In this document: positions 50,976 through 64,000 of the stretch, in pieces | Layout: every line of letters starts with the position of its first letter | How positions within the stretch are numbered: the stretch's first letter is position 1 | NCBI GenBank assembly: GCA_951406725.2 | Contig: OX597823.1 | Location: 8,060,001-8,124,000 of the forward strand | Direction of reading: 5' to 3' | Source of the DNA: Octopus vulgaris | Lineage: Eukaryota | DNA length: 64,000 nt | Made by a program: the position numbers and the translations under genes | The notes under the pieces: model-generated | The model's database searches: none | Told to the model about the DNA's origin: nothing | What the model saw: the letters and a program-made list of their open reading frames with translations, nothing else

Positions 50976-52342
50976 CTGAAGAGAAGGAGAGAGACAGTGA
51001 GGGGAGAGTAAGAGTGAGAGGTAGAAATGTGTTATATATAAAAGTGAGGTTGAGTGCTGTCTGTCTCCTCCGATTTAGATTCCTAACTACTCCCGCATTT
51101 TGCGGTGCAGTTTAACCAAAACCGGGTATCTTATAGTCGTGATTCATATCGAGCCCTTCTGGGTATTAGCGCGCCTCTACGATGAGTCTACGATTTAAAA
51201 AAAAATTACCATCAATTTTTCCCATTTTTAATGCATTTTTGGCATATATAAGGGAAGTAACTCTCTAAAAAATTATTATTAAATCTTAGAACGTAAAAAG
51301 CTACAGTAACACCCCCTTCCTTTGTGGTTAGCCATATTGAGATGGCTATTATAGTTTACATCTGTAAAAATGCTTATATAGTTATTTCCCTTACAAACCC
51401 GAGCAACGCCGGGCGATACTGCTAGTATATAATACATATATAATACAAATAAATATATTTAAGAAACGAAGAAAAATATCGTTAAAATATCGATGCAAAC
51501 AATTCTAATGACTGCGTATGTTTGCGTGTAGTATGAATGTGATTCTGTTTGAATATGTCTGTGTGGGTGTATGTGTTCGATATGCACATGAGAAAGTGAT
51601 ATGAAAACGAAAAAAGATATAGCAACTGATAAATGGCAAGAGAAAATGAGAGAGAGAGAGAGAGAGAGAGAGGGCTGAAGAGAAGGAGAGAGACAGTGAG
51701 GGGAGAGTAAGAGTGAGAGGTAGAAATGTGTTATATATAAAAGTGAGGTTGAGTGCTGTCTGTCTCCTCCGATTTAGATTCCTAACTACTCCCGCATTTT
51801 GCGGTGCAGTTTAACCAAAACCGGGTATCTTATAGTCGTGATTCATATCGAGCCCTTCTGGGTATTAGCGCGCCTCTACGATGAGTCTACGATTTAAAAA
51901 AAAAATTACCATCAATTTTTCCCATTTTTAATGCATTTTTGGCATATATAAGGGAAGTAACTCTCTAAAAAATTATTATTAAATCTTAGAACGTAAAAAG
52001 CTACAGTAACACCCCCTTCCTTTGTGGTTAGCCATATTGAGATGGCTATTATAGTTTACATCTGTAAAAATGCTTATATAGTTATTTCCCTTACAAACCC
52101 GAGCAACGCCGGGCGATACTGCTAGTATATAATACATATATAATACAAATAAATATATTTAAGAAACGAAGAAAAATATCGTTAAAATATCGATGCAAAC
52201 AATTCTAATGACTGCGTATGTTTGCGTGTAGTATGAATGTGATTCTGTTTGAATGTGTCTGTGTGGGTGTATGTGTTCGATATGCACATGAGAAAGTGAT
52301 ATGAAAACGAAAAAAGATATAGCAACTGATAAATGGCAAGAG

Positions 52343-52387
<45 letters not shown>

Positions 52388-52460
52388 GAGGGAGAGCTGA
52401 AGAGAAGGAGAGAGACAGTGAGGAGAGAGTAAGAGTGAGAGGGAGAAATGTGTTATATAA
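50050..52460 (+). repeat. Tandem array X-H-X-H-X-H-X of Helitron variant 1 (H) and a ~300-bp flank (X), period about 700 bp
   Basis: H ends (hairpin+CTAG) at 50722, 51425 and 52125. X restarts with tatataatacata at 50050, 50723, 51426 and 52126. Confidence 0.92.
50327..50722 (+). mobile_element. Non-autonomous Helitron, variant 1 (first array copy, intact TC end)
   Basis: a|tctttatatataaaag...cccgagcaacgccgggcgatactgctag|t. Confidence 0.88.
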
Positions 52461-52932
52461 ATAAGATAGATTGGCTAAGAGAATATGAGGGAGTATTCGA
52501 AAATGGTAGAAAAACAGTTTTACAGTTATACAGCCTGAACATTTGTATTTATATTTGGTCATAGAAACCATATTTTAAGCCATTTTCAAAAATATATCGT
52601 TGAATTGTTTAAAACAATATATAAGACAATATTTGTGCTGGTTCGCACTCAAACATACACGTATATCTCGACATACACACTGAAATACGTATATATGTGC
52701 AGTCACACATGCACGTACATATACTCATGAACACATGTAGAGACAAAAACACACGCATACACGCTCACACACAAATGTTTGATCTTCTAGAAATAATCGT
52801 TAAATCTCCTTGAAATCACATCCTGCCTTACTGAGTAAAGAAAAACACATTTGACAAAGTAGTTCCCGAAATACTACAGACCGGTCATAGTTGGACCGGG
52901 TTTGAGTATCAGTCTACTTTGACCAGGGAATA

Positions 52933-53198
52933 ATAAAATTAAATAAATGCGCCCTTTTAAAGCCTAGCCAGGCTCATGGGCCCGGTTTCCCGGTTTCTAT
53001 GGCGTATGTGTTCCCCCCAGCTGGACGGGACGCCAGTCCATCGCAGCGTTACTCCTTTTTGCCAGCTGAGTGGACTGGAGCAACGTGAAATGAAGTGTTT
53101 TGCTCAAGAACACAACACGTCGCCCGGTCCAGGAATCGAAACCACAATCTTACGATCATGATGCTGACACCCTAACCACTAAGCCACGCGCCTCCACC
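52933..53198 (-). mobile_element. SINE head/body B + tail 2
   Basis: B head/body joined to the gcgatggactggcgtcccgtccag..gaaaccgggaaaccggg module. 14-bp TSD ttgaccagggaata. Confidence 0.88.
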
Positions 53199-53619
53199 TT
53201 GACCAGGGAATACCTTATATTTAATAGCTCCACCAAAAACAACAACGCACAAATGTTAGAAGTCCGTTATATAGATGTACGAGAAGGAAAGAGGCCCAGA
53301 AAAGGGCTTCAATTTCCTCCACTTATTTGAAATACCGATTAATTGGGTCTGTTACCGTTCGATGGCACTGTCGCACATGGAATGGAGAACAGTATTACTG
53401 ATTTCTAGGAACGGAAGAAAACTACACGTTTTGCAGGAATGTCTGGTCGTTTAACATGGATCTTAGTTTCTGATAGACTTATTCTATCAAGCTTAAGCTT
53501 AAGTTGGTTATACCGTGATTTGAACTGAGAACTCAAAGGACCGCTTAGCGTTTTGTACGATGCCCGTGAATAGATGATGGTGAGGATAATGAGAATAGTG
53601 TTGTGGATTCTGCTAGTCC

Positions 53620-54027
53620 TTATCTTCCTCCTCCCCCCCCTCCTCGTCTTCCTCCTCCTCCCCTCCTCGTCGTCCTCCCCCACTCCCCCTCGTCGTCCTT
53701 CTTCCCCTCCTCGTCGTCCTCCTCCCCTTCTCGTCGTCCTTCTCTTCCTCCTCGTCCCCTCCTCCCATTCTCGTCGTCCTCCTCCCATTATCATCGTCCT
53801 CCTCCCATTCTCGTCGTCCTCCTCCTCCCATTCTCGTCTTCCTCCTCCCCCTCCTCGTCCTCCTCTCTCCCTTCTCGTCCTCCTCCCCTTCTTGTCCTCC
53901 TTCTCCCCCTCCTCGTCGTCCTCCTCCCCTTCTCGTCGTCCTTCTCCTCCTCCTAGTCCCCTCCTCCCATTCTCGTCGTCCTCCTCCCCCTCTTCGTCCT
54001 CCACTCTCCCTCCTCGTCCTCCTTCTC
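53620..54027. repeat. Pyrimidine-rich degenerate (CCT/CGT)n repeat
   Basis: Recurring ctcctcccattctcgtcgtcct units. The overlapping ORFs are low-complexity. Confidence 0.9.
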
Positions 54028-54505
54028 ATCTACTGACAACGCCATTCACTTGTTTCAGGAACGATGGCGGATTCTTTACACATCCCGTTCAATCATCAAT
54101 GACCAAAGTTCATCGGCAGTCAGGTCCATAAGAGTCATGACCATGGTTTTGGTAAGATTCTCATGGTTAATTTTCCAATGAGGTGATATGATAACTTGAC
54201 TGAGTAGCTTTGACAATATCCTCAAATTGAAGCCGTCTTCCTGCTATCTTGTTGCTCAATCTTGCAGTCTATTTAATATTCATTTCTAGTATTGACATAA
54301 GGCCACCGATTTTGGAGGAGGGTATATTTGAATAAGATTGGTTACAGAACTTCTCTGGTACTTCAAATCCTGTTGAAGTCAACCGTCTATTTAATCCACC
54401 AATAATAATACACCAAAACTGATTCCATTGATTACTTCACATCCCTCCTTTACAAATATTTGACATTATACTTTGTTTCAATCCACTACTACTATTTATA
54501 TTCTA

Positions 54506-54884
54506 CTAGCAGTATCGCCCGGCGTTGCTCGGGTTTGTAAGGGAAATAACTATATAAGCATTTTTAGAGATGTAAAGTATAATAGCCATCTCAATATGGC
54601 TAACCACAAAGGGGGGGTGGGTGTTACTGTAGCTTTTTACGTTCTGAGATTTAATAATAAATTTTTAGAGAGTTACTTCCCTTATATATGCCAAAAATGC
54701 ATTAAAAATGGGAAAAATTGATGTTAAATTTTTTAAAAATCGTAGACTCATCGTAGACGCGCGCTAATACCCAGAAGGGCTCGATATGAATCACGACTAT
54801 AAGATACCCGGTTTTGGTTAAACTGCACCGCAAAATGTGGGAGTAGTTAGGAATCTAAATCGTAGGAGACAGACACACAACTTC

Positions 54885-54895
<11 letters not shown>
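54506..54895 (-). mobile_element. Non-autonomous Helitron, variant 1
   Basis: Reverse complement of 50327-50722. The 5' end merges into (TA)n. Confidence 0.87.
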
Positions 54896-54919
<24 letters not shown>

Positions 54920-54925
<6 letters not shown>

Positions 54926-55182
54926 TTTGGTGCATAATTATTGCGGCTTTTTTCAACAAATTTTATGTAACAAAAACAATAACAACATCTAACAAAAACA
55001 TATTTAAATCATTATTCCGGAGCATATTCACCATCTACTTCAATTACTGCTTCCCAATTGCTTGGCAGACGATCAGACCGTCATTTAAAGATGTTTTTGT
55101 TAAATATTGTTATTGTTTTTTGTTGAATAAAATTTGTTGAAAAAAAAAAAAAAAGCCGCAATAATTATGCACCAACCCAATA
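54920..55182. mobile_element. Fold-back mariner MITE built from two 3' ends
   Basis: TIR tattggtttggtgcataattattgcggc / gccgcaataattatgcaccaacccaata (Hsmar1-like), arms about 90 bp. The core on the minus strand translates DRLPSNWEAVIEVDGEYAPE*. Confidence 0.87.
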
Positions 55183-55769
55183 GTAAGTTTCAATGGTTTC
55201 AATGATAATTTTGAAATAATTTAACACATATTTTTGAAATAATTTAACATATTCTTAATAATCGTTCCTATCATTAATTCTCATTTGTATTGTTATGTAT
55301 TTAACTGGGAATTTAATTTGTGTTAGATTTACTTTTATTAATTCATTCACTATTCTGTACTTATTTTGCATTAAAAAAAAATCTATTTTTATTTAAGTTT
55401 TGATATTTGTAAGCTAATCGTAATTTACACACCATATTGCATTCTATGTTAATCATACCGAGAATAAAATATTAAATATCCAGTTGCGCCTGCCAGACAT
55501 GGAAGATATGGTAGCATCGGTCTTCAGCCGAACAACGGAAACTGTCAGAATTCAGGAACAGGTAGGAAGTCTGGAAGATATAATCTGTTATAAAGTTACT
55601 CCAAGTCAGAAACTGACAAATAAAAAGAAGGGCGGAAAAAGACGGGATACAATGGAAGAAGAATAAAAATTGCATACAGAGGAAATTCTGATGGACTTTA
55701 ATTATAATGTGCCCCATGTGGAGGAGAAGCGTACCGAGGTAGATAACGAAAGAACTGTATAAGTGATTG

Positions 55770-56217
55770 GGATCGTTTCGGTTTGAACGGCAGTTTTTAA
55801 CACAATTTCTAGGTAACTAAAAAATTTTAAACTTCGTATACTGGTAGAATGTGTTTATAAAACATCTTTTTTTCTTGGCTTTATTGAGAAAATTCTATAG
55901 TTTGTAAGATATTTGTTGTTTTTTTTCTTCAATTTCTGCAATTTCAACCAACCAATGACGTCCATTGAGGTAAATAACATTCTGTGCCGTATGAATATGT
56001 CACTCGTTTAAGAAACAGATTGGGTTTATTTACATTTGTGAAGAAAAAAAGATACCCTTCCCCCACCCCTAACCCTAACCCTAACCCTAACTAACCCTAA
56101 CTAACAGTAACCCTAAAACAGATTGAAATGCAATAGATCGATACTAGGGTCATAATTATGGGTGACAATTTCATATGGCACCGCTAGAAAAAACTGCCGT
56201 TCAAACCGGAAAGATCC
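55770..56217 (-). mobile_element. GGATC-TIR MITE with TTAGGG repeats, copy 3 (no TSD)
   Basis: Reverse complement of 24494-24902. (ccctaa)n at 56067-56116. Confidence 0.88.
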
Positions 56218-57032
56218 CAGCCGAAAACTACGTGGAATCCTACCGGTTGGATTGTACTTGTATAATTCAACGGTGCAGCCTTGTTATACAGCATGTCATA
56301 CTGAATCTGCCCGAGGATTACGCTAAAGATACAAGTATTTGCGTAATACTAGGCACTTCACACACAAAATTCAACGAGTCTGCTAGCTCAGTTGATCGTC
56401 GAAACTGATGGAAATCCATTTATATTGATGTTTAGAGGTGATTTCAAAACTTGACAATGGCTGTAGCTTCAGCTACTCTCTCCTGAAACCAATAAAATAT
56501 ATCGCCTATTGATAGCTACATCAAACAATTAACTATTTTATCACATTTTTGAGATAAATATATTCGGCGATATCTTTTGTTATTTTCTTGCATGTTATCT
56601 GCATTTAAAGTTTGTTCCAGTAAACAAGAATGTTGTTTTTTTATCACCTTACCCATATCTGAAGTCATATTTTCTTGGGAATACCACCTCACCTTGCATT
56701 ATAGCAATATTCAATATCAAATATTTATTTTACTTGTTATATATAACTTACAAAATTCTACAAATTTCGCCCTCCACCCGTGCCCTCCACCAGGGTTTCG
56801 AGCACGTTGATAGCATTCAGGAATTTCTTCACAGCCTGATAATTACAGCTTGATAATGCAGATGTAAAAACAAATATGTACACATATACAAGCGCTATGT
56901 ATACACCACTCACACACAAACATACACAAAAGCACATTATCACACACATATACAAACATATGTATTTGATAAGCAATTATTTCACGTGCTGGCCACACTC
57001 ACACAAACACATATGGATGTATATATCCACAT

Positions 57033-57138
<106 letters not shown>

Positions 57139-57227
57139 GCACAAAACACTTCTTCCTGCAATGTGTATTTACTGTTATAGCTTCGAAAACGATCAACTTT
57201 TTTCTTCGTTATAATACACCGGATTAT

Positions 57228-57442
57228 TCTTTTCTGCTCTAGGAACAAGGCCTGAAATTTTTGGTGAGTGGGGCCAGTCGATTAGACCGACCCCAGTACG
57301 CAGCTGGTACTTAATTTATCGACCCCGAACGGATGAAAGATAAAGTCGACCTCGGCGGAATTTGAACTCAGAACATAAAGACAGAAGAAATACTTCTAAG
57401 TATTTCGCCTGGCGTGCTAACGTTTCTGCCAGCTCGCCGCCT
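57228..57442 (-). mobile_element. Family D SINE, second tail subtype
   Basis: Meta-like core. TSD taatacacMggattatt. Confidence 0.85.
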
Positions 57443-57629
57443 TAATACACAGGATTATTAAATAAAAGAAGCTAAGTACTACTCTTCTGCAGAATCTTGT
57501 TGGGTGAGAGCGAGCATAATAATATTATTATCGTTATATCTTAACTGCTAAGGTTGAGTAACAAGGCATATATTCAGGCGAAGTAACGCAAAGGCATATA
57601 ACACAGACAACAAATATATAGATACAAGA

Positions 57630-57665
<36 letters not shown>

Positions 57666-57829
57666 CCCATCATTCATTACACACGTGCGCTCGTATGCAT
57701 ATACACCCACGATAATTCATATGTAAACATATTCATATATTCGCATACGTACATACATACACATGCACGCACACACGCACGCATACACACACATATCCTT
57801 TATTTCATTTTAGCTTTCATCAAGTACAT

Positions 57830-59000
57830 TTTCTAATTGAAAGAAATATCTGCCATTGGTCTGCGGCCATGGTGGGGTACATATGTCTATAAATATATAA
57901 ATATATATACGCTAGACTACCCATGACCCGTTGGGTCAACTGGAAAGTCTGAGTTTCCCAGCACCGGAGTTTTGTTTCATGTTTTTTCTTCTTTTCCAGG
58001 TTATTTCGCATGCTTTCAACGAATGTGCCATCGAAATCACGCGTAAACGGCCCCTTTCCCCAGAAAAGAAAAGATTTGGCTGGTATTTGTCGCACGCCCT
58101 GCTACAATTGTAACAGGTATTTCGGGTCCTTTATCGCTAATAGCTTTTGCGTGGTAGCATGGCGTGCTAGAAATAGCAGCCAAATCTGGAGCTGAGATGC
58201 GTTGAATGCACCCGAAAAAATTTATGTAATGGTATTCCCTTGGATCGTTCTTTCGCCTTGACTCTCAGAACGCTCATCCGGATCAGCTGATTTTGTTCGT
58301 TAATTTCCGTAAAAATCTTTTATTTATTTACTTTTGTTTTAAAGTGAAAGATATGTGAACATGTATTTGAAAAGGACTCGCGCGCGTGTATAACAGAGTG
58401 TCATTTACACATACATAAGAACACACGTTCACTCACTCACTCCCTCTCTCTCTCTCTCTCACACACATGCACACATACATATTCTACAGCCTTTTACCAG
58501 GTTTTCAACTTTAATGTCCATGCTTGGCCAGTATACGAAGCTTCGCATCAGCGCTTTCATTCTAGAGGTGCCTGAGTGTCTCACATGGAACCCTCTTAGC
58601 ATTCTCTTCTGTAATGTCTGTGGTATGACCACCGTCTGAGCGTACATTAGTAGACCATCACATATAGAGTACACGTTCACATCTTGGCGGTTCTTTGCAT
58701 CAGACCTGTCTTTATTTCCTTTTGTCGACCACAGTTTTCTTTTTGTCTCATTTATAAATTTGCCATTTTCGCATTTCTTTTTATTTCTTCTAAAGTTACT
58801 GGCAGTTCACGCACAATGTCGTTCGATCGTTTGACTCCTCCGTTTACGCTATTGCACAAAGCACTTATGAGTGTCTCCCATAAATTAAATTTCTCCATAC
58901 ATTCGGTGCCAAATAAACTCATGGATTTTTCAACACATAAACCTTCACTTGTTCGGTTCGGCCTTTGAACATTTTCTTACAAACACGTTTGTCCGCTATT
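57830..59000 (-). pseudogene. Gypsy LTR-retrotransposon pol remnant (integrase H2C2 zinc finger and core)
   Basis: DGLLMYAQTVVIPQTLQKRMLRGFHVRHSGTSRMKALMRSFVYWPSMD..VKGCRIC, and downstream PPWPQTNG. Confidence 0.8.
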
Positions 59001-59168
59001 TTGTTTGAACAATCTTACGATCACGATGCTGACACCCCTAACCACTAAGCTACGCACCTCCACTGGTAATGATAATTATTGTTAAAAAATTCAAAATTAA
59101 TTTTGTCACTGATGGTTCTTATGTTTAACGCCACTATATCATACTAAGTAAGTATTAGGTAGAGCATG

Positions 59169-59501
59169 GGAGTGAGGGCGCGTGGCTTAGTGGTTAGGGC
59201 ATTCGGCTCATGATCGTAAGGTTGTGAGTTCGATTCCCGGCGACGCGTTGTGTCCTTGAGCAAGACACTTTATTTCACGTTGCTCCAGTCCACTCAGCTG
59301 GCAAAAATGAGTTGTACTTGTATTTCAAAGGGTCAGCCTTGTCACTCTCTGTGTCACGCTGATTTTTCCCCGAGAACTACGTTAAGGGTACACGTGTCTG
59401 TGGAATGCTCAGCCATTTGCACGTTAACTTCACGAGCAAGCTGTTCCGTTGATCGTGTCAGCTGGGACCCTCGTCGTCGTAACCGGCGGAGTCTTTCTTT
59501 C
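59169..59501 (+). mobile_element. SINE head/body B + tail 1
   Basis: Near-identical to 29752-30081. 13-bp TSD taggtagagcatg. Confidence 0.92.
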
Positions 59502-59909
59502 TAGGTAGAGCATGCCTGAAAATGTATTTGTATCATGCTATTAAGCATGATACAAATCTAAATATTGTTAAATCATTTTATAGACAGCCTTGCAAACAGA
59601 TAAACTGCACGGCTCACATTTTACAGGCCATGGTGAAATATTCTCGTTGAGTATTGAAAACTTAGTGAGCGCTCAACTTCCATTAATTTTCTACTGAATC
59701 TATATCAAAAGACACCAGTACTCTTAATGCATACATTTTAATCATTTGGTAAATCAAACTACCACGGTATTGAGACAGTGTGCAATGAACTTTACTGCAC
59801 CAGCGAACTAATGTTGCTGAATAAAACACTCAAAAGAATGCACGTGATCTAAACAGGCAGATCGATACTGTTAATCACTATTGTCTTCGTTAAACAAAAA
59901 AGATGTGCG

Positions 59910-59944
<35 letters not shown>

Positions 59945-59952
59945 ATGTGTGT

Positions 59953-59998
<46 letters not shown>

Positions 59999-61104
59999 AT
60001 TTCAAAAGAAAGTAAAGAAAAATCTTCCAAGTGGCAAATATTTCGGTTTATCAAATTTTCTAGTACAACAAAACCTGCATCTGAATAGGAAAGAAGTCGT
60101 AATGATTTTGCAGTAGAGCATAGCATTGTATGAAAAGCAAAGCAAACACGAAACACAACAGTTTTTCTTTGATGCTTAACCGCACTTGCTGTCACATGTT
60201 TGTTATAGTTGATAAAAATCAATGCTTTAGATTATAGGTCTGAGGTCCTTTGAAGTATTCTTGGCACCATTATGTCGTTAGTAATAGCGTAGCTAATTAA
60301 AACCCCGACTTGATGTTACTTGCTATTCCAAAAAGGATCTTTATTGTGACAAGTAAATGACTATAAATATCTGAAAATATTAGTAACATGGCTAGTGTTT
60401 CTCTGAGATATGATACTTGAAAACATTTTACATATAATAGATTCGATTCTGTTTCATTTCAAGTTTTTATTGGTGCACTAAACGTACCATGCATGTGTGA
60501 TCATAAACAGGAAGATAACAGTTTTCAAGGCGTGCGTATATTCACTTGAGCTAAATGAAATTTGGAAGAAGACAATTTGGAAAGAGAATATTTATAAGAA
60601 ATAAAACAGAACAAAAGAAATAGCTATCAGAATTATTTGTCATGTTATAAGTTGGTCATGTTATACAATGCTTGTGGTTGGTAGTAATCTATAGTGGTTC
60701 TAAGTACTATAACGATGGAACCCTTCACCAAACTTACTTCGTGCAAAATAAGCAGAACTGAGAAAAAAAAAATAGAAAGAATTTGAAATTTGACGAATGT
60801 TTTAGAGATTTATTGCGGCAGGCATACTTCGTCGGTAGGTGTTGCATCGCCATCTGACCCATTGCACCGTTAGCAACTCAGTCTACTCAGTTGGAAATAT
60901 TCTGACCAAGTCTCTAGTCTGAGATTAACTTCATCCCTTTATGGGCGCTGTTCCTTCTCATTTGACTAAGCGTATGAAAAAGTAAATGAGTACACCTTTC
61001 TTGTATAATTACCAAATATACTGTTCCTGTTAATCTTTGTCCTTTTCCAAAACCCTTTATTAGTGAAATTGTTATGAGATGGCAATAGTTTGAGTAACAA
61101 AAAA

Positions 61105-61497
61105 TCTTTATACATAAAAGTGAAGTTGTGTGTCTGTCTCCTACGATTTAGATTCCTAACTACTCCCACATTTTGCGGTGCAGTGTAACCAAAACCGGGT
61201 ATCTTATAGTCGTGATTCATATCGAGCCATTCTGGATATTAGCGCGCGTCTACGATGAGTCTACGATAAAAAAAAAAATTATCATAATTTTTCCGTATTT
61301 TTAATGCATTTTTGGCATATATAAGAGAAGTAACTCTCTAAAAATTTATTATTAAATCTCAGAACGTAAAAAGCTACAGTAACACTCCCCCCTTTGTGGT
61401 TAGCCATATTGAGATGGCTATTATACTTTACATCTCTAAAAATGCTTATATAGTTATTTCCCTTACAAACCCGAGCAACGCCGGGCGATACTGCTAG
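61105..61497 (+). mobile_element. Non-autonomous Helitron, variant 1, solo copy
   Basis: a|tcttta...gatactgctag|t with 3' hairpin and no TSD. Confidence 0.9.
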
Positions 61498-62599
61498 TCA
61501 AAAATAAAATACAAACTCAAACTAAGAAAAAACCTTCGTATAGGAACGTTTTGACTTCATAAATTATGCTAGCTATTATTGTACAATAATATGCACAGTA
61601 ATTTTTTTCATCAAAGAGTAAAAAAGACTAAATGTTCCTTTTGTTTATAAATTCCATATTTAAGTTCTTATATAGTTGTTCTGTCATATTAAAGGGTATC
61701 GACGACAGGAAAATAACTTTGCTGAATTATCTTGCCGAAAGTTAAATAATAGTTTAACTTTCGTTAATTGATGTTAAACACATTGGATTATATTTTAGAG
61801 TATATAATTCATTAAGTTCAATTATACAGGTTTTCAGTAAGATCCTATAATATAACTCGTTGGTAATCAGTCGATAAACTTCAATATCAGTAAAGGATAT
61901 TTCTGAAACGGTAGTATTTGAAATAAGAAAGGAAAGGACTAGCAAGTATTTTATGAATATGATTTTCTGCAGAAATGCATTTTCATAAAAATTTGGAAAG
62001 AAATCTGTGACTTAAAATGTCTGTAATTGCTAAAATGTCATGTGGCATTCATTTAATAAAATAAACGGAATTTCTTGTCGAAAATTTGTAAAATTTCTCT
62101 TTAAATGATCTTTTGAATGGACACATTTAGAATTTGTTTTCTTAAAAATAATTTATCATCTTATGTAATTGTTGCATGAAAATCCTACAAATCTCTTATT
62201 TAGAGAAATACTTGCTATTTAATGTTACCCTCACCAGCCATAGGGGAAAGATTATTGCATATTAATAAACTGGGAAATAAAAACTACAAAATTTCGAATA
62301 GATAATATAATAGAAATATAAAAAAATAAGTATAACTTTGTTATTAAAGGAAAGCAAAACGAATAATTTATACATAATTTTTAAATCATTATATATGAAA
62401 ACCCTGTGAACCAACCACATTGGTTCTCCATAAACGATCTATCATCAATGGTTTCTTTGACGGCTTGTTTTCTCTCTTTCAAATCAGAGATCACTTGAAT
62501 GTAATTATCGGTCTGAAGTAAGTTAATCATTACAGGCTTCCTGAGATTAATTTGACATTTGAACCACTCTTTCCTTTTTAACATAGCTGCTTCTGGAAA

Positions 62600-64000
62600 T
62601 ATGATAGTTTGCCTTAGAAAATAAACTTCTTGGATGTTTTCTATTCAGGATATTCTATGGTGTATCGAGAAGGACATTAGTCAACGATGAGAAAGTGCTT
62701 GGCTAGTGAACGTTTGTTAATAAGCCGAGTGATTTTTATTATTCCACGATGCACTACACTATATGTAGTTATTGAGTGCACCATCGAGATATGCGTGAAT
62801 ATACAATTGAGAGTTCATACTTGGCCTACAAATATAATCAATCTTCGAGAAAATACATTTCCCTTTTTATCATACAGCCTTAGTTATCAGACACATTAAC
62901 ATCACATATTTTTCGTTCCCGTGTTTCCTAGACTTTTCATAATTTTGGTACAGACTGGAAGTCGTGTACACACTACCGTGGCACAACCAAAACCTATAAT
63001 GCGTTCTTGGGTTGAAAGCATTCACTAGATAAATATTACTTCAGTCAATGACAACAAGTCAAGACCTTATTTTACAAAAGGAAGAAAATATCACGGCTGT
63101 AACAAACTGATATATTACCCTACTTTTCAACAAGTGCGCCATGGCGGATTTTTGAAGTGCAGAAACATTTTAAGTGAGGAGTCTGGGGCAAGTGGTTAGA
63201 TTCGCGTCTGTGTATTTCAGTCGGACATCCGTCTTCACTGGACATCTTGGTATTTCATTATTTACTTAATAATTTGTTAACTTCCATTAAGGTCGGACCA
63301 TATACCAATTGATTTTAGGACTAGTGTATGCTGTGGTAGATTGATAGCATCAGTGTAATCAGTAGAGACCAAAGTTTTAAAATGGTAATACTGTAGCTTT
63401 CGAGTTTCACACACCACGAGTATCAGTAACTCTTTTGATCACATAATATTTCACTTGGCACCAGGGCTCCTTCATAGTTTTTAAGAGGTGCATTTTATTG
63501 GCCGAATTGTATAGAACCTGGAGCGCATGCTGTGTAGGGAGGTCACGAAACTTATCGAGATGTCTGTATTGAGTGAAATTTTGTTGCTCATTTCTGTCAA
63601 ACTTCATCTATGCTTTCAGTATCTATCTGAGACATTGTAAAATGCAGACTTTAACCATTAATCTTCAAGTGCATCTAGATTTAGTTTTTACATATTTATG
63701 CTACGTCAATGTTATCTCTAGCATGCGCTTGAGCACAACTGTATACGATTAAACCAAATCTGGCCTGTACACCTTTCTCATGTCATTACATTCTCTACTG
63801 CAATGTATAGTACAGTATAACATAAGCAACTGCTTGGGTCGCAGATGTTTCCACTGGTATTTTGTTACTGTCTCTACAAGAAAATGTTAAAATAGTGATA
63901 TGTTTGACATTATGTAAACTCTGGACAACCTTATAATCATGACCTTCTAGGCCTTGCTTGCTTAACTTCTGGGTGCAGCCACATGATAGCAATGCCAACA
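62600..64000 (-). pseudogene. Heavily decayed RTE LINE (endonuclease end to RT start)
   Basis: PTLMEVNK..EDGCPTEI (PGxDGxPxE-like) followed by QxGFR-like and LxQxxEK-like remnants. Many stops. Confidence 0.55.

Noticed and set aside
50050-52460. Regularly spaced repeats as a CRISPR-like array
   Set aside because: Units are ~700 bp with repeated, not unique, spacers, the context is eukaryotic and there are no cas genes.
53405-54131. Four overlapping 117-199 aa ORFs rich in R/G/E or P/S
   Set aside because: Stop-free only because of the low-complexity CCT/CGT repeat, and open on both strands.

Overview
AT-rich, microsatellite-dense eukaryotic DNA in which I can support no host protein-coding gene. 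The repeat content (tRNA-derived CORE-like and Meta-like SINEs, Penelope-like remnants, very high (TA)n/(CA)n/(TACA)n density) suggests an intronic or intergenic stretch of a coleoid cephalopod, probably Octopus. That is an inference, not a database result. Almost all supplied ORFs are microsatellite or SINE artefacts. Real coding remnants all come from transposons: a young 5'-truncated CR1-group LINE RT, several decayed RTE LINEs, an R4/Dong-like LINE, Penelope-like RT/GIY-YIG pieces, mariner pieces, a hAT C-terminus and a Gypsy integrase. Non-autonomous elements include about 25 SINEs, 7 Helitron copies (3 in a tandem array with captured flank), 3 copies of a TTAGGG-bearing 8-bp-TSD MITE and two fold-back mariner MITEs. 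The most unusual observations are: (1) a spacer-less 160-bp palindrome whose arms each fold as a minimal type I hammerhead ribozyme, inside a cluster of three different hammerhead-like motifs; (2) a mix-and-match matrix of SINE heads and tails; (3) a recurrent GGTAT junction at the 3' end of Meta-like SINEs that also explains their dimers and trimers; (4) closely spaced inverted SINE pairs able to form long dsRNA. Boundaries of decayed elements are approximate.
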